Source of the DNA: a bacterium | Lineage (GTDB): Bacteria; Chloroflexota; Dormibacteria; Aeolococcales; Bog-877 | Assembly (NCBI GenBank): GCA_021801645.1 | Contig: JAJYXT010000051.1 | Location: forward strand, 1,451-65,450 | Direction of reading: 5' to 3' | Length of the DNA: 64,000 nucleotides | In this document: piece by piece, positions 1-9,214 of the stretch | How the letters are laid out: every line of letters begins with the position of its first letter | How positions within the stretch are numbered: position 1 is the stretch's first letter | Made by a program: the position numbers and the translations under genes | Notes under the pieces: generated by a model | The model's input: the letters and a program-made list of their open reading frames with translations, nothing else | Database searches by the model: none | Told to the model about the DNA's origin: nothing

Positions 1-623
1 TGTCCTGGCTCATCCTGAAGGAACGGCGGGGAGCCTCCTTCTGGCCCCTGGCCGCGGTGGCGCTGGCCGGGGCCGCCCTCATCGTCACCGCGCAGATTCC
101 GGGCTCCCCCACTGGGGCCCTGCTGGCCGCGGTGTTCGTGATCGGCGCGGTGGTGCTCTGGGCTGCCGGAACTGTCCTCGGACGGCTGGCGCTGCACGAC
201 GTCTCCTTCACCACCACCACGGCGATGCGCTTCACCCTTGCCCTTCCCATCCTGTTCCTTCTCCTGCTCAGCAGCTCGGGGGGCCACTCGCCGTTTGCCG
301 GATACACCGCCGGCGAACTTCCCGCCTTCTTGGGCATCGCTCTCATCCCCGGGTTCTTGGCCCTTCTCCTGTACTACCGGGCTCTCTCCAGCACCCCGGC
401 GTCGGTCTCGACCCTGGCCGAGCTGGGATACCCGGCGGCGCTGTTCCTCGTCTTCTCCCTGCCGGCGCCGTACGGTTTCGCGGCTCCTCTCCGGCCCCAG
501 GAGATCGTGGGAGCCGTGTTGCTCGCCCTAGCCGTGACCACCATGAACCTGCTCAAGAGCCGCGGCCAACTGGTCACAGTGAGGGGCCGTACCACGCTCT
601 CGGTGGAGACCGAGACCGTCTAG
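1..623 (+). CDS. EamA/DMT-family transporter, C-terminal part (5' end lies outside the window)
   Basis: The frame is open from the window edge to the stop at 621-623. It is a multi-helix hydrophobic sequence (ALIPGFLALLLYYRALS, LAELGYPAALFLVF) typical of EamA repeats. Confidence 0.6.
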   Translation, partial: SWLILKERRGASFWPLAAVALAGAALIVTAQIPGSPTGALLAAVFVIGAVVLWAAGTVLGRLALHDVSFTTTTAMRFTLALPILFLLLLSSSGGHSPFAGYTAGELPAFLGIALIPGFLALLLYYRALSSTPASVSTLAELGYPAALFLVFSLPAPYGFAAPLRPQEIVGAVLLALAVTTMNLLKSRGQLVTVRGRTTLSVETETV

Positions 624-665
624 GGTGCTTGGGCCGCGGCCATCCGCGATCCCGCGACCCCCCGG

Positions 666-1370
666 ATGAGGGAAGACCCCGCTGCCTCAGCGGTGGTACC
701 AGGCTCCCCCCTCCCGGTCGTCTTCTCCTGGAGCGCCGGCAAGGACTCCGCCTACGGACTCATGACTCTGCTGGCGAACCGCCGGTTCCGGGTCGTGGGT
801 CTGTTGACCACCATGACCGAGGGCTACCGGAGGGTGACCATGTCGGGAGTGCGAGAGGAGCTTCTTGACCGGCAGGCCGAAGAGCTGGGCCTACCCCTCA
901 CCAAGGTCTGGATTCCTCCGGGCTGCTCCAACCAGCTCTACGAGGCCCGCATGGCGGCCGGCCTCTCTGCGGCGGGCGAGGATGGTATCCGTCACGTCGC
1001 CTTCTCCGACCTGTTCCTGGAGGATGTGCGCTCGTACCGGGAGCGCTGGCTGGCGGGCTTGGGCTTGAGCGGGGTATTCCCCCTCTTCGGCCGAAAGACG
1101 GATAGCCTGGCCCGGGAGATGATCGCCTGGGGACTTCGGGCCACCCTGGTTTGCCTGGATCCCCAGGTGTTGCCGTCCGAGTTCGCCGGGCGGGAATATG
1201 ACCTGGCTCTGCTTGGCTCTCTCCCCGCGTCGGTCGATCCCTGTGGGGAGCGAGGAGAGTTCCACACCTTCGTGCATTCGGCGCCGATCTTCCGCCAGTC
1301 CATCGGCTGCCACCAGGGGGAGGTGGTGCGGCGCGATGGCTTCGTCTACTGCGACCTGGAAGCGGGTTGA
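666..1370 (+). CDS. PP-loop ATP pyrophosphatase, Dph6/MJ0570-like ATP-binding domain protein
   Basis: An N-terminal PP-loop-like motif VVFSWSAGKDS (SxGxDS) is present. The size and the later GEFHTFV segment fit the diphthamide-synthase-like ATP-binding family. Confidence 0.6.
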   Translation: MREDPAASAVVPGSPLPVVFSWSAGKDSAYGLMTLLANRRFRVVGLLTTMTEGYRRVTMSGVREELLDRQAEELGLPLTKVWIPPGCSNQLYEARMAAGLSAAGEDGIRHVAFSDLFLEDVRSYRERWLAGLGLSGVFPLFGRKTDSLAREMIAWGLRATLVCLDPQVLPSEFAGREYDLALLGSLPASVDPCGERGEFHTFVHSAPIFRQSIGCHQGEVVRRDGFVYCDLEAG

Positions 1371-2242
1371 ACCCGGTCGGAAAACCCCAGAAGGCGGCGG
1401 GCGCGGGCCGCCACCGCATAGTCCACGAACTCCCCATCCACCACCAGGGACGACCGGCCCTGCTGCTCGGCGGCAGCGAAGGCGGAAAGGACGCGCTGCG
1501 CCCACTCCCGCTCCTCGGGGGTGGGAGCGAAAACCCTGGCCACCACCTCCGCCTGCCTCGGGTGGATGCAGGCCTTCCCCTGGAACCCCAGCTGCCGGGC
1601 CCTGACCGCCTCCGCCTCAAGGCCCGCAAGGTCCTGGAGGTCGAGATGCACCGGATCCAAGGGAGGCCCCACCCCGGCGCTGCGGCAGGCCACCACCAGC
1701 TCCGCCCGCGCGGCGGCCAGCAGCGGGCTGTCCCGCCCGATGCGGGCGCCCAGGTCCGCGGCCAGGTCGGCCACACCGAGGGCTAGGGCACACACCCTCG
1801 GGGAGGACCTGGCGATCTCCCCTGCCGCAGCCAGCCCGGCGGCGGTCTCCAGCAGAGGGAGGACCGCCACCTGCCCCTCGGGCACGCCTCGCTGCCGCTC
1901 CAGCCTCCCCAGCGCCCAGTCCAGCACCTCGATCTGGGCCGGAGATCCGACCTTGGGCACCATCACCCCCGCCAGCTGGGGGAGCACCACCGCCTCCAGG
2001 TCCGCCCGCCCCTCCCCACGGGCGGGAGAGTTGATCCGCACGAACGCCAGTCGGCCCCTTCCCACGTGTCCTTGCAGTAGCTCCCGGGCGGACCTCCGCG
2101 CTTCCTCCTTGCGCTCCCGGCTCACCCCGTCCTCCAGGTCGATGATGGCCACGTCGCAGCCCCCGGCCAGCGCCCGGTGACAGTGGCGGGGACTGGTGGC
2201 GGGGGCGAAGAGCCAGGTGGCCAGGCGGCCCTCCCGGCTCAT
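1346..2242 (-). CDS. CitE/HpcH-family acyl-CoA lyase (malyl-/citramalyl-CoA lyase-like)
   Basis: The 589-aa track ORF was trimmed to the ATG at 2240-2242 (MSREGRL). Motifs AIIDLEDGV, VMVPKV and ACIHPRQ are typical of the citrate lyase beta-like family. The upstream extension is R/G/P-rich and overlaps the neighbouring gene. Confidence 0.75.
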   Translation of the reverse strand: MSREGRLATWLFAPATSPRHCHRALAGGCDVAIIDLEDGVSRERKEEARRSARELLQGHVGRGRLAFVRINSPARGEGRADLEAVVLPQLAGVMVPKVGSPAQIEVLDWALGRLERQRGVPEGQVAVLPLLETAAGLAAAGEIARSSPRVCALALGVADLAADLGARIGRDSPLLAAARAELVVACRSAGVGPPLDPVHLDLQDLAGLEAEAVRARQLGFQGKACIHPRQAEVVARVFAPTPEEREWAQRVLSAFAAAEQQGRSSLVVDGEFVDYAVAARARRLLGFSDRVQPASRSQ

Positions 2243-2253
2243 GGAGACGGCGC

Positions 2254-3462
2254 TCAGACCACCCCCTCCTCCTCGAGCCTCTGGTGCTCGGCCAGGAGGC
2301 CTAGTTCGTCCAGGATCTCCTTGGTGTGCTGCCCCAGGGCCGGGCCGGTGGCCCGCACCATCCCCGGGGTGCGGCTCAGCTTGGGCACCACGTCCACCAG
2401 CTGCATCGGGCCGAAGTGCGGGTCCTCCACCTCCACGAACGACGGTCGCTCGCGGAAGCTTGGGTCCTGGTGGATCTGGGGGATGTCCTGGACCGGGCCG
2501 ACTGCGGCCTCGGCCCGCTCCATGATCTCGATCACCTCGGGAGCATCGTGCCTGCCGATCCACTCCCCGATCACCGAGTCCAGCTCGTCGACGTTCTCCA
2601 GCCGAGCGGCGTTGTCCGCAAACCGAGGGTCGTCCGCCAGCTCTGGCCTGCCGATGGCGGCGAAGACCCGGCGAGCGATCGAGGGGGTGCTGGCCGAGAG
2701 CGCCACCCAATTGCCATCCCGGCAGCGGTACACGTTGCGGGGTGCCACATGCACACTGCGACTCCCGGTCCGCTGCCCGGCGATCCCCAGCTGGCTCCAA
2801 TCCAGGAGTGAGGGCTCGATGAGGCGCAGAACAGAGTCGCAGAGCGAGAGGTCGATGCGCTGCCCCAGACCGTCCCCTCGCTCCCTGGCCCGGAGCGCCA
2901 GCATCACGGCGAAGGCTCCCATGATCCCCGCCACCCCGTCCGCCAGCCCCATGTTGGGAAGGGTCGGCGGTCCCTCCGGCTGGCCCGTGAGGTGGGCGAA
3001 GCCGGAGCGCGCCTCGGCCAGCGTCCCGAAGCCCGGGCGGCGGGCCAGCGGCCCACCCTGCCCGAACCCGGAGATCTCGAGCAGGATCACGCCGGGGTTG
3101 GCCGCCGCCATCCACCCATACCCGATCCCCCAGGAGTCCAGGGTCCCGGGTCGGAAGTTGGCGATCACCACGTCGGTGCGCCGGACCAGAAGACCGAGGA
3201 TCTCTGCCCCCCGCGGGGTGCGCAGGTCCAGGGTCAGGGAGCGCTTGTTGCGCGAGATCGACTTCCAGAAGATCGACTCGCCGGCCTTGCGGGTTCCCCA
3301 GCGCCGCTGCGGGTCCCCCTCCTTCGGCTTCTCCACCTTGATCACGTCGGCTCCGAACTCCGCCAGGTAGGCGGCGGCGGCCGGAGCCGCCATCATGGTG
3401 GCCAGGTCCAGGACCCGCACACCGTCCAGCGGAGGCGGAGCCTGACGGCCGACCTCAGCCAC
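2254..3462 (-). CDS. Family III CoA-transferase (CaiB/BaiF family)
   Basis: VRVLDLATMMAAPAAAAYLAEFGADVIKVEKP is the signature N-terminus of family III CoA transferases. The proposed GTG start at 3460-3462 overlaps the stop of the upstream gene (GTGGCTGA). The start is uncertain. Confidence 0.75.
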   Translation of the reverse strand: MAEVGRQAPPPLDGVRVLDLATMMAAPAAAAYLAEFGADVIKVEKPKEGDPQRRWGTRKAGESIFWKSISRNKRSLTLDLRTPRGAEILGLLVRRTDVVIANFRPGTLDSWGIGYGWMAAANPGVILLEISGFGQGGPLARRPGFGTLAEARSGFAHLTGQPEGPPTLPNMGLADGVAGIMGAFAVMLALRARERGDGLGQRIDLSLCDSVLRLIEPSLLDWSQLGIAGQRTGSRSVHVAPRNVYRCRDGNWVALSASTPSIARRVFAAIGRPELADDPRFADNAARLENVDELDSVIGEWIGRHDAPEVIEIMERAEAAVGPVQDIPQIHQDPSFRERPSFVEVEDPHFGPMQLVDVVPKLSRTPGMVRATGPALGQHTKEILDELGLLAEHQRLEEEGVV

Positions 3463-4486
3463 GAAGAGCCTCCGGTGCCGGCTGGGCCTGCGAGTCACCC
3501 GGGCGGGCGTGCTCCAGCCTCCCCTGTATCGAGCGACTGCGCTCCAGATAGCGTTCCAGGCTGAGGAAGTGGGCCGCCCGGCTCCCTCCCCCACCGGCCA
3601 GCTCTCGAACCCGACGCCCCAGCTCCGCCAGCCTCACCTGGTCAATGCCGGTGTCGAATCCCTCGGCCAGGAGCATGTAGTTCAGATCCTCGGTGGCGTA
3701 GTTGCCGAACTCCAGCGAGGGGTGCATGAGCGCAATCCCCGCCCCCACCCCACCCACGGCTCCCTCCAGCATCTCGGCCCCGGCCCGCAGGGCCGCCAGG
3801 GCGTTGGCCGGGGCAAGGCCGGCCAGGGTGTGCAGGTGCACCCCGAGCCTGAGGCTCGGGAAGCGCTCCTTGAGACCGGAGACGCGGCCGGCCACCAGGC
3901 TCGGCCAGGCCAGGCCGACGCTCTCTCCCAGCCAGACCTCCCGCACCCCCAGGTCGGCGATCCGGCCCACCAGTGAGTACAGCCGCTCCGGCGCGATGAC
4001 GCCCTCGTAGGGACAGACGAAGGCCGTGGCAACCGCCGCCACCATCTCCGCCCCGGAGCTGGACGCGACCCGGTGGACCTCTGCCCCGTCCTCCAGCCCC
4101 CGCTCCTGGTCCATGTTGGAGTTGAGCCGCTGATAGGTGGGGCTGGCGGCTATCAACCAGGCAAGCTTGGAGATCCCGGCATCCACTGCCCTGCCAGCCC
4201 CCCGCGCGTTGGGCACGAGAGCCCGCAGCCGGGCCCGGGCGCCGCTGGCCACGGCTCGCCGGGCCATCTCGTCGGCGTCGCTCAGGTTGGGGATCACCCG
4301 GGGGTGGACGAAGCCGGTGACCTCCACCTCCGGCATCCCGCAGGCGTCCAGCTCGGCCAGGATCTCGAGCTTCACCGATGTGGGGATGCGATCCCGGGCC
4401 CGGTCGCGGTCCACCGCCTGCAGGCCATCCCGGAGGAAGACGTCAGCCACCAAGGGGGCTGGCTGGCTGGTGGTCCCCGGGCTCAT
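3455..4486 (-). CDS. HMG-CoA lyase-like (HMGL family) acyl-CoA lyase
   Basis: DVFLRDGLQ near the N-terminus and a later HLHTLAGLAPANALAAL (HxH) metal site fit the family. Trimmed to the ATG at 4484-4486 (MSPGTT). Confidence 0.7.
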   Translation of the reverse strand: MSPGTTSQPAPLVADVFLRDGLQAVDRDRARDRIPTSVKLEILAELDACGMPEVEVTGFVHPRVIPNLSDADEMARRAVASGARARLRALVPNARGAGRAVDAGISKLAWLIAASPTYQRLNSNMDQERGLEDGAEVHRVASSSGAEMVAAVATAFVCPYEGVIAPERLYSLVGRIADLGVREVWLGESVGLAWPSLVAGRVSGLKERFPSLRLGVHLHTLAGLAPANALAALRAGAEMLEGAVGGVGAGIALMHPSLEFGNYATEDLNYMLLAEGFDTGIDQVRLAELGRRVRELAGGGGSRAAHFLSLERYLERSRSIQGRLEHARPGDSQAQPAPEALRG

Positions 4487-4615
4487 TCGACCGGGTTCCC
4501 CCGCAGGGTTCCCACCCGACCTCCCCGGACGGAGGTGCGCCGCTCCGCTGGAGCCTTCCACATAGCGGTTGTCATGCTACGATGTGGAACAGCTCGACGC
4601 AACCCCGAGGAGGCG

Positions 4616-5377
4616 ATGGCAGCCAGCTCAGAGCGGATCCTGGTCCTGGGCAAGGCCCGTGACCTCCTGGACTGCTTCAGCCCGGAGGAGCCGGAGCTGG
4701 GGTTCGGTGAGCTCCGGCGCCGCACCAGGCTCCCCCCTTCCACCTGCTCCCGGCTGCTCTCCAACCTCACCGAGCTCGGGTTTCTGGAGCGCCTGGGCGA
4801 GAGTTACAGACCCGGGGCTCGGCTGGTGCGCTGGAGCTCGGCGCGGCTGGCCTCGTCCCCCGGCCTTCAGGAGCTCGCCCGGCGACGGCTGGAGAAGCTC
4901 CGGGACGAGACCGGAGAGACCTCCCGCCTCTACGTGCGGGACGGCCTAGTTCGGGTATGCGTAGCGGCCGCCGAGACCAGGCGCCCAGTGGGCCGTGCGG
5001 TCCGGGTGGGTGAGGTGCTGCCGCTGTACGCGGGCGCGGCGGGGAAGGTGTTCCTCGCCTTCGACGAGACGCTGGACCTCCGGGAGGCGCTGGCCGAGGT
5101 CCGGCCCCTCACTGCCGCCACCATCACCGCCCAGAACGCCTGGGAGCGGGAGCTGGAGCGGATCCGCGAGGCGGGTTACGCGGCCTCATTCGGAGAGCGG
5201 GAGGGAGAGACGGCGGCGCTGGCCGCCCCGGTCCGGGACAGCTCGGGGAAGCTGGTGGCCGCCCTGGGCGTCGGTGCGCCTCGCTACCGGCTGGGGCCAA
5301 GGGCTGCGGCCCGTCTCGCCCCCCTGGTGGTGGAGGCGGCATCCCAGCTGTCGGTGGACCTCGGGGCCAGCGGGTAG
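4616..5377 (+). CDS. IclR-family transcriptional regulator
   Basis: Trimmed to the ATG at 4616 (MAASSERILVLGKARDLL). It has the winged-HTH LGFGELRRRTRLPPSTCSRLLSNLTELGFLER plus a C-terminal IclR effector-domain pattern. It is divergent from the CoA cluster. Confidence 0.8.
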   Translation: MAASSERILVLGKARDLLDCFSPEEPELGFGELRRRTRLPPSTCSRLLSNLTELGFLERLGESYRPGARLVRWSSARLASSPGLQELARRRLEKLRDETGETSRLYVRDGLVRVCVAAAETRRPVGRAVRVGEVLPLYAGAAGKVFLAFDETLDLREALAEVRPLTAATITAQNAWERELERIREAGYAASFGEREGETAALAAPVRDSSGKLVAALGVGAPRYRLGPRAAARLAPLVVEAASQLSVDLGASG

Positions 5378-5480
5378 GACGGAGAGCTTACCGCAGGCGC
5401 CCGCGCGGGAAGGGGCGGGCGGGAGCGGAGCGGGTCCGGCCACAATGAGAGGGAAAGGCCAGAACAAGGAGGTGCCATCC

Positions 5481-5900
5481 ATGAGCGTCGCGGCAGAGGA
5501 CCCCAACCAGGCGGTGATCCAGGAGTTTCGGGCCAACCAGGGGCGGGTCGGGGGCGGCTTCGCAGGAGCCCCGCTGCTCCTCCTGCACACCCGGGGGGCC
5601 AGGAGCGGAGCGGAGCGCGTCCACCCGGTCATGTACCTCGAGCTTGAGGGCCGGACCTTCGTCTTCGCCTCCAAGGCCGGCGCCGACTCCAACCCCGACT
5701 GGTACCACAACCTGCTCGCCCATCCAGAGGTCGAGGTGGAGATCGGACGGACGACCCGCTCCGCCCAGGCGGTCCTGGTCACCGGCGCAGAGCGCGATCG
5801 GATCTACGCCGAGCAGGTGAAGCGCTTTCCCGGGTTCGGCGAGTACCAGGCCAAGACCACCCGGGTGATCCCGGTGGTGGAGCTGGCGTTCTCCGAGTGA
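5481..5900 (+). CDS. Deazaflavin (F420)-dependent nitroreductase family protein (Ddn/DUF385-like)
   Basis: The ATG at 5481 is preceded by AAGGAGG (5466-5472). LLLLHTRGARSGAERVHPVMY, FASKAGADSNPDWYHNLLAHPEVEVE and the C-terminal RVIPVVEL match the family pattern. Confidence 0.75.
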   Translation: MSVAAEDPNQAVIQEFRANQGRVGGGFAGAPLLLLHTRGARSGAERVHPVMYLELEGRTFVFASKAGADSNPDWYHNLLAHPEVEVEIGRTTRSAQAVLVTGAERDRIYAEQVKRFPGFGEYQAKTTRVIPVVELAFSE

Positions 5901-5940
5901 ACTCGGGGCTCGCGGCCCCCGGCGGGGGTCGGCCCCGGAG

Positions 5941-6666
5941 GTGATCACCGCCGGGGTCGACCTCGCCAGCCAGCCCCGGAACACCGGGTTCTGCGTGCTC
6001 CGCTGGGAGGCCGGAGCCGTGCAGGTGGAGCACCTGGAGGGCCATCTGGACGACGGCGGCCTGCGGCGCCTCGTGCAGTCCTCAGCGGAGAAAGTAGGCG
6101 TGGACGTGCCCCTCGGCTGGCCCCGCCGGTTCGTGGAGCTGGTCCGCCGGCACAGCGAGATGCGTTTGGTCGAATCTGTCGAGATGAAACGTCTCACCCA
6201 TCGGGCCACCGACCATTGGGTGCGAGACCGGTGCGGCATCTGGCCGCTGTCGGTGTCCACCGACCGGATCGCATACCCCGCGCTCCGCGCCGCCCCCCTC
6301 CTCTCGGGAAAGCCGCGCGACGGGTCGGGCCAGGTGGTCGAGGTGTACCCGGCCGCGGCCCTGGTTGCGTGGGGGCTCGAAAGTCGGGGGTACAAGGGTC
6401 CGGAGGGACGGGCTGGGCGCGAGCGGATCTTGGCACGGCTGCTCGACGCCCTCCCGGGGCTCGGTGAGGGAACCCTCGACCCGGAACCGCTGCTCGCCGA
6501 CGACAACCGCCTGGACGCCCTGGTGGCGGCGCTCGTGGCTCGGGCCGTGGCCTGCGGACTCTGCGAGCCAATCCCTGCACGACACCTGGGGGACGCCCGG
6601 GCGGAGGGCTGGATCCACCTGCCCTCGGAGGGCAGCCTCGTCCGGTTGGGGGCGGGAGCGGCCTAG
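5941..6666 (+). CDS. DUF429-like (RNase H-fold) protein
   Basis: GTG start. The N-terminal ITAGVDLASQPRNTGFCVL resembles the DUF429 start. No catalytic assignment is possible. Confidence 0.45.
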   Translation: MITAGVDLASQPRNTGFCVLRWEAGAVQVEHLEGHLDDGGLRRLVQSSAEKVGVDVPLGWPRRFVELVRRHSEMRLVESVEMKRLTHRATDHWVRDRCGIWPLSVSTDRIAYPALRAAPLLSGKPRDGSGQVVEVYPAAALVAWGLESRGYKGPEGRAGRERILARLLDALPGLGEGTLDPEPLLADDNRLDALVAALVARAVACGLCEPIPARHLGDARAEGWIHLPSEGSLVRLGAGAA

Positions 6667-7307
6667 AAAGGCGCCAGAGCCGTGCCCAGGAGCATCCGCG
6701 GGCCGGGAATCGGGATCCCCAGCGCCTTCGTGCCCAGCTCCCTGACCCCCTCCAGCCTCAGGCCCGCCCTCTCCACCTCGAGGTCGGACTGCCGGTTCAG
6801 GTGGCAGCCCCCGGCGAGCCTGGTCCAGAGCGGGTCCACCAGGTCCTCCAGACGGCCGCCGGCGCCATGGCCGCGGACATGCTCCATGAAGCGGAACTCG
6901 CCTCCCGGGCGCAGGACCCTTCGCACCTCAAAGAGTGAGCCCGCCAGATCCTCCACCGAGCAGAGGACCAGCGCCGACACCACGGCGTCCTGGGAGCCGT
7001 CCGGAAGGGGGATCCGCTCGGCCACCCCGTCCAGCACCTCCACCGGGACCGGGACTCGGCGGGCGGCCCTGAGGGCCAGGCGGCGAAGCTGGGGCTCCGG
7101 CTCGATGGCCGTGACCTGCGCGACCTCTGGGGGATAGTGGCGGAAGTTCAGGCCACTCCCGCATCCGACCTCAACGACCGATCCCCGCAGCCCCTGCAGC
7201 AACTCCCGGCGCGCCATGGACCCGCCGCCGACCTCGCTGAGGGGAGCCAGGGCACCGTAGACGAGGGCAAAGATCGGGTGCCGGCGGCCCGGGACAATCT
7301 GGCTCAC
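6663..7307 (-). CDS. Class I SAM-dependent methyltransferase (type 11)
   Basis: Trimmed from the 487-aa track ORF to the GTG at 7305-7307. Motif I is VVEVGCGSGLN and the post-I region is RVLRPGGEFRF. Confidence 0.7.
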   Translation of the reverse strand: MSQIVPGRRHPIFALVYGALAPLSEVGGGSMARRELLQGLRGSVVEVGCGSGLNFRHYPPEVAQVTAIEPEPQLRRLALRAARRVPVPVEVLDGVAERIPLPDGSQDAVVSALVLCSVEDLAGSLFEVRRVLRPGGEFRFMEHVRGHGAGGRLEDLVDPLWTRLAGGCHLNRQSDLEVERAGLRLEGVRELGTKALGIPIPGPRMLLGTALAPF

Positions 7308-7367
7308 TGGCCCGATGGTCGCACGCCCAACGGGTGCACCGGCCCCGGGACGGTGGACAATGACCTC

Positions 7368-8195
7368 ATGACCGCGCAGGAGCGGTGGGCCGAGGCACTG
7401 GCCGCCTGGGCTATCCCCGAGGAGATCCTGGCCCAGGCGCGGGAATCTCCCTGGGAGCTTCCACCCCAGGCCTTCGCCAGCCGGGCGGAGAGGGCGCTGG
7501 AGTCCGCCCACTCCCCAACCCACCAGCTCGCACTGGAAGCGCTCCCCGCCGGGGGCACGGTGCTGGACGTGGGCGCCGGGGGCGGGGCGGCCAGCCTGCC
7601 GCTGGCGGGCAGCGCGGACCTCATCGTGGCCGTGGACCAGAGCCAGGAGATGCTGGACAGAATGGCCGACCTGGCCCGGGGACGGGTGCGGTTGCAGACG
7701 GTGCGGGGAGTCTGGCCCGAAGCCGCCCAAACAGTGCCCCTGGTGGACGTGGCCGTCTGCGCCAACGTTGCCTACAACGTCCCGGGACTTAGTGAGTTCA
7801 TCCTCGCCCTCGGGGCGCGGGCCCGGCGGCGGGTGGTCATAGAGCTCACCTGGCACCACCCGCAGGCCTCCCTCAGCTGGCTCTGGGAGCGCTTCTGGGG
7901 GCTCAGCCGCCCCGAGAGCCCCACCGCCGCCGACGCCGCCGATGTGGTTCGGGAGGCGCTGGGCCGGCCGGTGGAGGTCGAGCGCTGGCAGCGGGGGGAG
8001 GTGGACCCGTCCGGCCCATCTCCCGAGGAGGTCGCCTGGGTCAGACGGCGGCTGTGCCTCGATCCCTCCCGGGAAGCGGAGCTGGCGGCGGTGCTGGCGG
8101 AGCGGGTGGGTTCCGGCGCATCCCACCAGATGGCCACCATCTGGTGGGACATGGCGGCTCCCGGTGCCGCCCCTGCTTTGGATCTCGGGAGGTAG
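7368..8195 (+). CDS. Class I SAM-dependent methyltransferase
   Basis: Trimmed to the ATG at 7368 (MTAQERW). Motif I is VLDVGAGGGAASL. It is divergent from the previous methyltransferase. Confidence 0.6.
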   Translation: MTAQERWAEALAAWAIPEEILAQARESPWELPPQAFASRAERALESAHSPTHQLALEALPAGGTVLDVGAGGGAASLPLAGSADLIVAVDQSQEMLDRMADLARGRVRLQTVRGVWPEAAQTVPLVDVAVCANVAYNVPGLSEFILALGARARRRVVIELTWHHPQASLSWLWERFWGLSRPESPTAADAADVVREALGRPVEVERWQRGEVDPSGPSPEEVAWVRRRLCLDPSREAELAAVLAERVGSGASHQMATIWWDMAAPGAAPALDLGR

Positions 8196-8211
8196 GAGGA
8201 AAGCTCCTCCC

Positions 8212-8751
8212 TCAGCGGGAGCGGACCACCCGGGTGCCGGCGAGCTTGTCCATCCAACCCTGCTTCTTGGGATCCCACGCCGCCCAGAGATATCCCAGCA
8301 GCAGGGGGATTCCTGAGATCAGGTAGCCGATGTAGCGCACCACCGCCTGGGAGCCCTTGAGAGGCCCGCCCGTCTCCGAGTCCACCACCCGGATCCCCAC
8401 CAGCTGCTGTCCCAGGCTGGCCCCCCGGGTGGTCCAGAACCAGCTGAAGTACGCCAGCTCCAAGAGCAAGATGATCACCGTGGGAAGTGAGGATCCGGTG
8501 CGAACGGTGAGCGTAACCCCACCGACCACCTCAGTGGTGGTGGAGGTGAAGATGGCTCCCAGGACCAACTCGACCACAAAGAAGATCAGCCCGTCGATGA
8601 AGAGGCCGGCAAACCGGACCCAGAATCCGGCCAGCTCGGTCGCCGCCACGGCCGCCGGCGCCCCGCTTCCGCCCAAAGGTGGAGGAAGCTCACCGGCACC
8701 GCCGGGGAGCCCGCCGTAACCACCGCCGCCGGGCGGACTGACCTCGCTCAT
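8212..8751 (-). CDS. RDD-family membrane protein with a Gly/Pro-rich N-terminus
   Basis: Trimmed to the ATG at 8749-8751 (MSEVSPPGGGGYGG). WVRFAGLFIDGLIFFVV and RGASLGQQLVGIRVVD fit the RDD domain. Confidence 0.65.
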   Translation of the reverse strand: MSEVSPPGGGGYGGLPGGAGELPPPLGGSGAPAAVAATELAGFWVRFAGLFIDGLIFFVVELVLGAIFTSTTTEVVGGVTLTVRTGSSLPTVIILLLELAYFSWFWTTRGASLGQQLVGIRVVDSETGGPLKGSQAVVRYIGYLISGIPLLLGYLWAAWDPKKQGWMDKLAGTRVVRSR

Positions 8752-8839
8752 ATGGGGGCACCTCCTGGGAAGTGGGCATCCGGGTACGTGGCACCGGACC
8801 ATACCCAGGCGGCGGGTCAGGCGTCAAGCCAAAGGAGGA

Positions 8840-9214
8840 TCAGCTCTCCAGAAGGCTGGTGGCCTCGTCTAGGGGATAGTCGAAGCGCAGCACCTCGAAC
8901 TGGTGGTCGACCACCCAGCTGAGGAAGGCGGCGTGCAGCGGGTGGGTTACGTAGGCGTCCATGGCCGCCTGGTCGTCGAATTCGGTGAGCAGGGCGAACT
9001 GGTACCCCATCGCCCGGCCTCCGGTGTCGGCCCCGAAGCGGAGGCGCCTGAGCCCGGGGATCACCCCGGCCCAAGAGGAGATCTGCCGCCGCATCTCGGC
9101 CTCAACCTCAGGTCCCGGCGTGGTGGGAAGGCGGAAGAGCACCAGGTGCTGAACCGCCTTACCACCACCTTCGCCGGATGCCGGCCCCGGGCTAGAAGAA
9201 CTCAAAGTACTCAT
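8840..9214 (-). CDS. Dabb (stress-responsive alpha/beta-barrel) domain protein
   Basis: VQHLVLFRL...DAYVTHPLHAAF fits the Dabb domain. The start overlaps the 3' end of the GS-like gene by 23 nt and is uncertain. Confidence 0.6.
   Translation of the reverse strand: MSTLSSSSPGPASGEGGGKAVQHLVLFRLPTTPGPEVEAEMRRQISSWAGVIPGLRRLRFGADTGGRAMGYQFALLTEFDDQAAMDAYVTHPLHAAFLSWVVDHQFEVLRFDYPLDEATSLLES

Noticed and set aside
898-1776. A 292-aa minus-strand ORF. The same reasoning covers similar long alternate-frame or antisense ORFs, for example 5388-6506(-), 10203-11183(+), 15206-17017(+), 25575-27023(-), 28393-29886(+), 31739-33595(+), 37045-38319(-), 54176-55426(-) and 61866-63464(-).
   Set aside because: All are Arg/Pro/Gly/Ala-rich low-complexity translations. 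Each lies opposite or out of frame to ORFs that carry clear family motifs. Such shadow ORFs are expected where stop codons are rare in ~70% GC DNA, and no domain signature is recognisable in any of them.
2243-3115. The N-terminal 291-aa extension of track ORF 1346-3115. Analogous extensions occur on 6663-8126, 4073-5377, 4995-5900, 22822-24360, 25986-27437, 48654-50267 and 60917-61252.
   Set aside because: The extensions overlap neighbouring well-supported genes. They are compositionally biased, and they precede internal starts where the recognisable domain begins, often with an RBS or a start/stop overlap. The genes were therefore trimmed.
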